Assembly (NCBI GenBank): GCA_009777955.1
Contig: WRKW01000002.1
Location: 5,294 to 69,293, forward strand
Reading direction: 5' to 3'
DNA from: Alphaproteobacteria bacterium
GTDB lineage: Bacteria; Pseudomonadota; Alphaproteobacteria; Rs-D84
Length of the DNA: 64,000 nt
The translations under genes and the position numbers were made by a program. This document shows positions 49,419 to 56,677 of this stretch, in pieces. Positions within the stretch are counted from its first letter, which is position 1. Every line of letters begins with the position of its first letter. The notes beneath the pieces were generated by a model that made no database searches, was not told the origin of the DNA, and saw only the letters and a list, made by a program, of their open reading frames with translations.

Positions 49419-50612
49419 ATGTCAAAATTTACCAAAGCTGATGTAAACAATTTTGATTTTGATACCCCCATTGCAGATGGCAAGACAAAAAAAATATGGC
49501 AGACGGTTCATCCCGGAATAGTTGCTTTCGAACAAAAACCGGATCTGGTCATGGCCAACGGCACAAGCGTAATGACGGCAGAACCGGAAAAAGCCGCTAT
49601 TTTGGTAAATTATTTGAATATCCAGAATAACAATATATTCAACTATTTGAACTCGTTGGGTTTTGCCACTACGTACCAGGGATTCAAAGACGGATTTTTG
49701 TTTCATAAAGAATGCGCGCCATTGAAAATAGAATTCGTGGTACGCTTTGCCGCATGTGACAATGCCAGCCTGTTAAAGCGAGAGCCGGAAAAATACGCGC
49801 TTTGGGATGAAAGCAGTAATTCTTATAACACCGATAAAGCAAACCGTAAATACTTTAACGAAGACGGAACGATTATTACATTTGCAAGTCCGATTTTGGA
49901 AAGTTTTCATAAATATCCATTGGTAATTACCGAAAACGGCATCGACATGATTCCCGAATCAAAGGCAAAGGAACATCCGCGTTATTTCAGAAACGGCAAA
50001 ATGACAGAGTTCATGAATGAAGATCCGATACTTATAACCCCACCGGATAATAAAGTTGTATGGCATGTGCATAACCAAAAAAAGCCGGTTGTTCCCGGAA
50101 AACCGCTGGCGATTATAGATCGTCGTGCCAAAGAATTATATGATGCAGGTAACGGAAATATCAAATTTGTACGCCGTTTGGATCAGACCGAATGCATATC
50201 TTACAGTGACGAACTGGGGCTGCAGCGACAAACATTGGAAATTGCCCAGGCGATTGATTATGCATGCCGCAATACTATGTTCAAAAAGACCGAATTTGAC
50301 GGGAATGGAAATATTGTATTTTTGGGCGAAGAAAAACCGTTCAATGTAATTGATATAAAGTTGGAGTATGGAATAACTGCGGACGGTTATGCCCTTACCG
50401 ATGATATTGTTACCAGTAATGCACGTTTTGCATGGGGCGGACTGCCAACTATGTCTTTCAAAAAAATGTTCAAAGGTGCGTATGTACCCCCCGTATTCCA
50501 GAATGCCAATGATCTTCCGGAACATCTTTTGACCGCTGCGATGTTTACAGCCGGTACGGAACACTTTTCAAAGGCAAGACAGGGCTATCTGTCCAAAAAT
50601 ATCGGCAGATAA
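49419..50612 (+). CDS. Hypothetical 397-aa protein with distant SAICAR-synthetase (PurC-family)-like N-terminal region
   Basis: ADGKTKKIWQT...VAFEQKPD and IEFVVRFAACDNASLLKR resemble PurC motifs (GKTK..Y; E.VVRN.AAGS..KR). Roughly 160 aa longer than bacterial PurC. Confidence 0.4.
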   Translation: MSKFTKADVNNFDFDTPIADGKTKKIWQTVHPGIVAFEQKPDLVMANGTSVMTAEPEKAAILVNYLNIQNNNIFNYLNSLGFATTYQGFKDGFLFHKECAPLKIEFVVRFAACDNASLLKREPEKYALWDESSNSYNTDKANRKYFNEDGTIITFASPILESFHKYPLVITENGIDMIPESKAKEHPRYFRNGKMTEFMNEDPILITPPDNKVVWHVHNQKKPVVPGKPLAIIDRRAKELYDAGNGNIKFVRRLDQTECISYSDELGLQRQTLEIAQAIDYACRNTMFKKTEFDGNGNIVFLGEEKPFNVIDIKLEYGITADGYALTDDIVTSNARFAWGGLPTMSFKKMFKGAYVPPVFQNANDLPEHLLTAAMFTAGTEHFSKARQGYLSKNIGR

Positions 50613-50693
50613 ATATAACCTATTTTTAACGGCAACTTTGTTGCCATTATTCCTGTACATGTAGTATTTCGTGGACGGAATTATAACCTGAAC

Positions 50694-50830
50694 GGCTCTT
50701 TTAAAAGAGCCGTCATGCTTTCCGTTTTTTGAATGAATAATGAATAATTAATGCGTCGCGCAAAGCGCGACACCGCCCCCAACATTGTCACTCCGGCGCA
50801 TGTGGATTAAAGTTTGAAGCGAGTCATTTG
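50694..50830. repeat. Mosaic palindromic repeat (hairpin plus gaatgaataatgaataat, cgcgcaaagcgcgac, and caacattgtcactccggcgca modules)
   Basis: Shares modules with the 12303 and 54610 repeats. Confidence 0.8.
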
Positions 50831-50881
50831 ATTTTTACAAAAGTGACAAACAGAAATAAAGATACTTAAATCGAATATTGT

Positions 50882-53800
50882 TTAATACCCCCATTTCCAC
50901 ATAGTGGGCATGTCGTCGTAATCGCTTAAATTATACGAATTTGAATAACAGTATGCGACATCGTAAAGGCCTGCGTTTGGCCATGCCTGATATATTGGTA
51001 TGGAAACACCATCCTTGTCCCTTGTGGTGGCCGATGATCCCGTAAGATGGAAACAATTTTCGAACGTTCCCAAGTATCTGTCTACTCTATAGTCATCCCA
51101 TATCTGATATACCCCGCCGAACATCCAATTTTTGACATTAGAACAATAAACATCATCTTCGGCTAACCGCCATTCACAATAATTATTTGTTTCGCAGAAA
51201 TTGCATTGGTAACCGTCAAATAGATTATTTAAGAAAACGGTTGGAATGTGATATGCGCCGGATCCATATTGATTATAACAATAATGTATACTACCATAAG
51301 TAAGATTTTCTTCTTCCACGGTAATGTAACCATACTGTACGTTAGCTTCAGTCGGTATTCTGACATCGCAATTGTAATAATAACCCGCGTGTTCTGTAAG
51401 GGTACTGGGATCAAGAATTGTAAAACCGTAGTATTCGCCAGCCTTATCATTTCCATAACAACTATAGTATCCGTATGTTATAGTAACGTCGTTGGTATAA
51501 TAAGCATTCCAATATTTACCATTATTATCCGTGCCATAGCACTGATAAAGACCATATTCCCATACGGCACTGTGGGTTGGAATATATATATATTCACCAT
51601 TTTCATTCGTATCCTGGCAAATCTTAATCTCATAATCCTGATAAACTTCGGTAGTGGTGAAATTTATGGGGGATCCGTTATTGTTATAGTATGTACAAAC
51701 CTTACGTTCCCAATCGTAGTCCCAATCTGTTGTGTAAAAAGAAGTCCAGATGCCTTGTTCATTGTAATGTTCACAAGCTTTTCGATTTTCATCATAATAA
51801 ACATTGGTGGTGTCGAAGGTGATGGAATTACCAAATTCGTCGCGAACATTGGTATCACATGTCATCAAGTTTTCGTTATAATATACATCATTGGTAACAA
51901 AATCGGTTCCATGATTATAGTCATGACATCTGTACGCCTGAAAAACTTCGTCTTCTGTAAAATATCTGCCTCCCCACGAACCATTATCATAGTATCCAGA
52001 GCAATAATATGGCGGATTACTATATGAATAGTAAGAGCAGCTCCAATTATTAACAATATCAAAATAGGATGGATAGCATGGATGATTGCCATCAATACTT
52101 AACCAATCTGAAACTTTCCAGCAATTATAATCACCATCGGTACTAAAATAAAAACTCCACGGTTGGTAGCAAGGAATATTACCATTGGTGCTGAATGTAC
52201 CTTCTGGATGATCTTCGCAATAATGGTTGCCATTTACGCTTAGATATTCATGGTAACCAAGATCATAGCACATATATCCATTAAAAACAAAGCCGTTATT
52301 CATAAAATCACTATAACAGTCAAGTCCATTGTTGGTTTTAATAATATTATTGTAGTTGTAATTACAAGGGATATAAGCACCATTTTCAAGAGCGTATAAA
52401 TAGCCAGAAGAGCTCCAAGCCGTATGACATACATTATGATCTGAATCAAAGAAGCCTTCGTTATTGTAATAACAGTAATCATATTCTCGATATGGATTTA
52501 CATAACGTTCATTGTGTTTTGAACAATTACTTCCGCCGTCATAACTGCTACAGGTATGAACTGAAGTCCAATTCTGAATTCCATCGAATAAACCGGCACC
52601 TATGCTTGTGATATTGGTATTCGCGAAAGTCGAAGCAAACATGCCCTCTGCCGGTGGCCCTATGATATTGGAAAATAGATTACCGGGTACTTTGCCGGTA
52701 ATATTTCTTGCGCCAGAAAATGTGCCAAGGAACATATATGATGCCGGTGACCCGAAAAGCGTACCGAATATATTGTGCGGGATTGTTCCGGTAAGTCCGC
52801 TGCAACCAACAAATGTGCCATAGTACATGGAACTTGCTGGCATACCATTTACCCCAGAAAATAACGGCGGTAATGCATACGGTTGCGAGTTCTCGCTGGT
52901 AAGGCCGCGGCAGTTTCTGAAAGTTTCATAGAACATACTATCTGCCGGTGCGCCATTAATTCCGGCAAACAGGTTTGCAGGAATTGAACCGGTCAATCCT
53001 TGACAATTCCAGAATGTCTGGCTGAACATACTGCTAGCAGCCGATCCTGTAAAAGTTCCGAACAATCCCGGTGGGATTGAACCGGTCAGGCCAGTGGCAT
53101 GGTAAAATGTAGAGCTGAACATACTATTCGCTGGCACACCATTGATTCCGGCGAATAATGCGCCGCCTATACCGGTAAAGCCGGTGTAAGCGAATGTACC
53201 ACTAAACATACTAGACGCTGGCGCACCTTTTATTCCTTTGAACAGATCTTTTGGAATAATTCCCGTTAATCCATAAACATTCCAAAATGTACTACTGAAC
53301 ACGCTGTCTGCTGGTGGTCCATCAAGTCCCGCAAATAAATCTTCTGGAATTTCGCCAGAAAGTCGGGCTTGAGAAAACGTGCCACTGAACATACCAGACG
53401 CTGGCGCGCCGGTAATACTTGCGAACAGGCGGTTTGGAAGTGTTGGGGGGGGAAAATTCCATCCATAATTTTGTCCTAAATTACCAAATGTGTACGCAAA
53501 CATACTGCTTTTTCCCGTACCTATGACACTTTCAAACAATGTTCCCGGAATTTTTCTTAAAGCATTGCAGTAGAAAGTTTGATAAAAACTTGGTATCTCG
53601 GCATTGGTGGTGCCAAGTATTGGGAACAGGCGACCCAAATCTCCACATATATCTCTCATTCTTGTATCCGTATTACAATTATTTTGCCACCATCCGACGT
53701 AATTATGATTTCTTGCGAAACTGATTGCTGGTGTCGAGCTTGATAAATTATATGCCGTTGCCCCCCCACCGATACCGACGGTGTAATTGCCCGGTACCCT

Positions 53801-54496
53801 ATATGTTCTTGAATACATTCTTTCTTCTGTGTCGGTTTTTTTTATCACGGTTATTCCGTTCCACTCTTCGCCTTCTGCTTCGCGATCGCCCCAATCTATG
53901 CAAAATTCCCCTTTGGCTGAAATGGTAAAGTGGAAAAATCCGCCGGATGGTACATCTTCAAGTTTTACAAAAAATTTGGGCTTACATTCGACCAATTTTT
54001 CGATGCCTTCAATTACCGTGGCACCGTTTGTGGCGGTTTCGGTTGAAAGGACGTGGTCGCAGAAATTGCTTCTGTTCGCTGGACCGCCAATATGTTCGTT
54101 TATCCGGTCGATTGTGCATAAAAGAAACTTCATGTTCGATACGGCTTTCCATACTACGTCATTGCCCGCTTCCAATGATACGGGAAAGGCACAATCACCA
54201 TCCAGACACATTGTTTTGGTTGATCCTACCTTGTGCTTTATGTAATCTTTCACAAGCTGGTTATTCGCAATTTGACAGCTTTGGGTCGCGGAATGCAGAT
54301 CTGGTTTCTCATAGATATCGCCGGGCATTACAACGGATGGAATATCTGGAACATTGTTAAGACAATCCGGGGATACGAACCCGATATCTTTTACCACTTC
54401 GCATGTGTCCCAGTCAACGATATATTTCGCCCATGCATGCGGCGCAAACAGTATGAATGACAGGCAAACAGCAAAGAAAAAGGAATACTTTTTCAC
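50882..54496 (-). CDS. Giant secreted tandem-repeat protein (1204 aa)
   Basis: Signal peptide. About 10 copies of a ~33-aa repeat (G.PA.SMFS.TF..C.GLTG.IP..LF.GI.G). Then a Tyr/Asn/Asp/Cys-rich region with ~26-aa repeats (YYDEN...C..YN..G....FTTT.VY). Confidence 0.7.
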   Translation of the reverse strand: MKKYSFFFAVCLSFILFAPHAWAKYIVDWDTCEVVKDIGFVSPDCLNNVPDIPSVVMPGDIYEKPDLHSATQSCQIANNQLVKDYIKHKVGSTKTMCLDGDCAFPVSLEAGNDVVWKAVSNMKFLLCTIDRINEHIGGPANRSNFCDHVLSTETATNGATVIEGIEKLVECKPKFFVKLEDVPSGGFFHFTISAKGEFCIDWGDREAEGEEWNGITVIKKTDTEERMYSRTYRVPGNYTVGIGGGATAYNLSSSTPAISFARNHNYVGWWQNNCNTDTRMRDICGDLGRLFPILGTTNAEIPSFYQTFYCNALRKIPGTLFESVIGTGKSSMFAYTFGNLGQNYGWNFPPPTLPNRLFASITGAPASGMFSGTFSQARLSGEIPEDLFAGLDGPPADSVFSSTFWNVYGLTGIIPKDLFKGIKGAPASSMFSGTFAYTGFTGIGGALFAGINGVPANSMFSSTFYHATGLTGSIPPGLFGTFTGSAASSMFSQTFWNCQGLTGSIPANLFAGINGAPADSMFYETFRNCRGLTSENSQPYALPPLFSGVNGMPASSMYYGTFVGCSGLTGTIPHNIFGTLFGSPASYMFLGTFSGARNITGKVPGNLFSNIIGPPAEGMFASTFANTNITSIGAGLFDGIQNWTSVHTCSSYDGGSNCSKHNERYVNPYREYDYCYYNNEGFFDSDHNVCHTAWSSSGYLYALENGAYIPCNYNYNNIIKTNNGLDCYSDFMNNGFVFNGYMCYDLGYHEYLSVNGNHYCEDHPEGTFSTNGNIPCYQPWSFYFSTDGDYNCWKVSDWLSIDGNHPCYPSYFDIVNNWSCSYYSYSNPPYYCSGYYDNGSWGGRYFTEDEVFQAYRCHDYNHGTDFVTNDVYYNENLMTCDTNVRDEFGNSITFDTTNVYYDENRKACEHYNEQGIWTSFYTTDWDYDWERKVCTYYNNNGSPINFTTTEVYQDYEIKICQDTNENGEYIYIPTHSAVWEYGLYQCYGTDNNGKYWNAYYTNDVTITYGYYSCYGNDKAGEYYGFTILDPSTLTEHAGYYYNCDVRIPTEANVQYGYITVEEENLTYGSIHYCYNQYGSGAYHIPTVFLNNLFDGYQCNFCETNNYCEWRLAEDDVYCSNVKNWMFGGVYQIWDDYRVDRYLGTFENCFHLTGSSATTRDKDGVSIPIYQAWPNAGLYDVAYCYSNSYNLSDYDDMPTMWKWGY

Positions 54497-54559
54497 GAAC
54501 TTTTCTCTCTTGTTTTGATAAACGTAGCAAAATGGAAAATTTATATCAACAGGAAAATT

Positions 54560-54790
54560 TACGGCCGGTCATTTAGCCGGTAGTCGATAGCCGATAGTCG
54601 GTAGTCGGTAGAATTTTCCGTTTTTTGAATGAATAGTGAATAATGAATAATGTATGTATCGTGCGCTTTGCGAGACATCACCCCCAACATTGTCACTCCG
54701 GCGCAGGCCGGAGTGGGACTTAAAACCGCAACGCAAAGCGTTGCCAACCAGCCCAGGTCGCGTTTTGCGCGATTAGATGTACTTCCCCGG
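54560..54790. repeat. Composite repeat: (ccgact)-type block ggtagtcgatagccgatagtcggtagtcggtag plus mosaic modules (gaatgaatagtgaataatgaataat; caacattgtcactccggcgca; gcaacgcaaagcgttgcc)
   Basis: The ccgact-type block is an inverted copy of 45962-46000. The other modules match the 50694 repeat. Confidence 0.75.
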
Positions 54791-54862
54791 ACTTATACTT
54801 ATATTTTTCTCTTGCCTTGTCGGTTTGTATTTCGCTATCATGCCGCGAAAAGGAGAAGCCAA

Positions 54863-55399
54863 ATGAGAAAAATTTCAATATTCTGCACCCTGTTTTCCGT
54901 GCTTTGTATATCTTCGTATGCTGCCCGGGAAATTACAGTTTACCATTCCCCGAACTGTATGTATTGTCATCATGCGATTGACTTTATAAATGACAACCTT
55001 GTGAATGAATACCCGGATCTGATTGTGACACAGGTAAATGCCGCCCTGCCCGCCAATGGCGAAACTTTCCGTGCGGCGGTCAGAAAATGTGACCTGTCGG
55101 GATTTGGTGTTCCATTGGTTGTAATCGGCGACAGATGTTTCCAGGGATTTTCTGCGGCAACTGGTGATGAATACCGTAATGTCCTTGAAGCCATTGTTCC
55201 AGAAGAAGTCGCGGCCGCTGGACAAGGTTTGATTGCCGATGAAACAATGGGTATGGAAACAGAAACTGTTCATGCGGTACAGACCCCGAGTAATGATGCC
55301 CGCATTGGCAAAACCCCGGTTTTCCTTTATGCTTTATTCGGAATATTCCTTTTGGCACTGGGGACAGTGTTGTTGGCAAAAAAAAGACGCAAGGCGTGA
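54863..55399 (+). CDS. Secreted thioredoxin-fold protein (CxxC) with C-terminal membrane anchor
   Basis: Signal peptide. YHSPNCMYCHHA CxxC motif. C-terminal transmembrane segment plus KKRRKA. RBS AAAAGGAGAA. Confidence 0.5.
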   Translation: MRKISIFCTLFSVLCISSYAAREITVYHSPNCMYCHHAIDFINDNLVNEYPDLIVTQVNAALPANGETFRAAVRKCDLSGFGVPLVVIGDRCFQGFSAATGDEYRNVLEAIVPEEVAAAGQGLIADETMGMETETVHAVQTPSNDARIGKTPVFLYALFGIFLLALGTVLLAKKRRKA

Positions 55400-55431
55400 A
55401 GCGTGAGTTCGTGAAGCGTAAGACGTAAGAC
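55393..55431. repeat. Inverted-repeat element, left copy (gcgtgaagcgtgagttcgtgaagcgtaagacgtaagacg)
   Basis: Pairs at about 26/31 with the reverse complement of 55808..55847. A third related copy is at 56592..56624. Confidence 0.65.
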
Positions 55432-55438
55432 GAAAAAA

Positions 55439-55789
55439 ATGGCAGTAATGGAAGATTTGGATGTTTATAAACTAGCATATCAGATTGTTCTGAAAATATA
55501 TAAACTGACCGCACAATATCCGAATGATGAAAAATTCGGATTAATATCGCAAATGCGTCGCGCTGCAATATCAGTAGTTTCCAACTTGGCCGAAGGCGGG
55601 GCAAGAATAACTTATGGAGAGCAAAGGCACTTTGTTGGAAATGCTAGGGATTCTATTGTAGAATTGCGTACTCAAGTATGGATATCTAGAGATATCGGTA
55701 TTATGTCAAAAGAAGATTCGGTTGATATCTTGAATGATATTGAAAGAACAAAAATGATGATGAACGGATTGTTAAAAACAATAAAATAA
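55439..55789 (+). CDS. Four-helix-bundle protein (23S rRNA intervening-sequence protein family)
   Basis: DVYKLAYQ...VLKIYKLTAQYPNDEKFGLISQMRRAAISVVSNLAEG is the conserved core of this family. 116 aa. Confidence 0.75.
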   Translation: MAVMEDLDVYKLAYQIVLKIYKLTAQYPNDEKFGLISQMRRAAISVVSNLAEGGARITYGEQRHFVGNARDSIVELRTQVWISRDIGIMSKEDSVDILNDIERTKMMMNGLLKTIK

Positions 55790-55807
55790 ACCAAAGGAAA
55801 GATTGTG

Positions 55808-55847
55808 CTTCGTTTTACGCCTTACGCCTTACGAACTCACGTCTTAT
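55808..55847. repeat. Inverted-repeat element, right copy
   Basis: cttcgttttacgccttacgccttacgaactcacgtcttat. Confidence 0.65.
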
Positions 55848-55853
55848 AAAACC

Positions 55854-56582
55854 ATGTTCGACCTTACTATTATTGACTATATTTATATCGGGGTGCTTTT
55901 GGCATCGACCGTTTGGGCTTCTATACGTGGTGGGGTCTATGAAACCGTGACCATGATGGCATGGGTTGTGGCGGCATTGGTGTCGCGCTTTGCATCCCCG
56001 TACCTTAACGAAGTATTCCAAAGCTGGTTCGGGTTGGCAGAACCCACCATAGGGACGCTTGTGGCGGCGTATTTTATAGTGTTTTTTGTTATATTGCTGT
56101 TATTCAGCATGTTTAACCAACGGCTTCGATGGAGTGTCCAGCAAAGTATGATGAGCCTTACCGATCATACATTCGGCATAGTGTTTGGGCTTGTCCGGGG
56201 CGTGGTCGTCATGGGTTTTGTGTATTGGGGAATGCTTTGGTATTATTCGGACGGGCCATTGCCCAGTTTTATGTCGGATGCGCGATCCAGGCCGCTTATG
56301 CAGCTTACAGCTGTAAAAATGCACCAATGGTTCATTCCCGGTGAGAACAAGCTGTTGGATGACGACATGACTGGTGAACATTCGGCCCAGGAAGTTTATG
56401 AAAACCTGATTAACCCGATGGTAAAAAGAAAAGATACGGATGAACACGAAATAAATCTTGACCCGGATGCTTTGCCATCTTCTGAAAACATTGGCACCGG
56501 TTACCGTGATTCCGAACGTGACTCGCTTGAAAACAAACTATTACAGCTGGAAAATGTGTTAGAGCAAGATCAAACCGAATAA
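55854..56582 (+). CDS. cvpA: CvpA-family membrane protein with acidic C-terminal tail
   Basis: MFDLTIIDYIYIGVLLASTVWASIRGGVYE, a typical CvpA start. Four transmembrane helices. Confidence 0.7.
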   Translation: MFDLTIIDYIYIGVLLASTVWASIRGGVYETVTMMAWVVAALVSRFASPYLNEVFQSWFGLAEPTIGTLVAAYFIVFFVILLLFSMFNQRLRWSVQQSMMSLTDHTFGIVFGLVRGVVVMGFVYWGMLWYYSDGPLPSFMSDARSRPLMQLTAVKMHQWFIPGENKLLDDDMTGEHSAQEVYENLINPMVKRKDTDEHEINLDPDALPSSENIGTGYRDSERDSLENKLLQLENVLEQDQTE

Positions 56583-56677
56583 TACGGTATTCGTTTCACG
56601 CCTTGTGAACTCACGTTTCACACCAATATAATTTTTCCCTTTCCCTACTTTGCGAAATTTGGTACAATTGGCCTAAG

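Noticed and set aside
51248-52027. 259-aa plus-strand ORF rich in Ile
   Set aside because: It is antisense to the AT-rich repeat region of the giant protein gene and is low-complexity.
55439-55789. Presence of a 23S rRNA intervening sequence, and hence an rRNA gene
   Set aside because: No rRNA-like sequence flanks the ORF. Neighbours are protein-coding genes, so it is a free-standing member of the family.
55803-55853. N-terminal extension of the cvpA ORF (MCFVLRLTPYELTSYKT)
   Set aside because: It is the in-frame translation of the inverted-repeat element. The real start is the ATG at 55854, which gives a canonical CvpA N-terminus.
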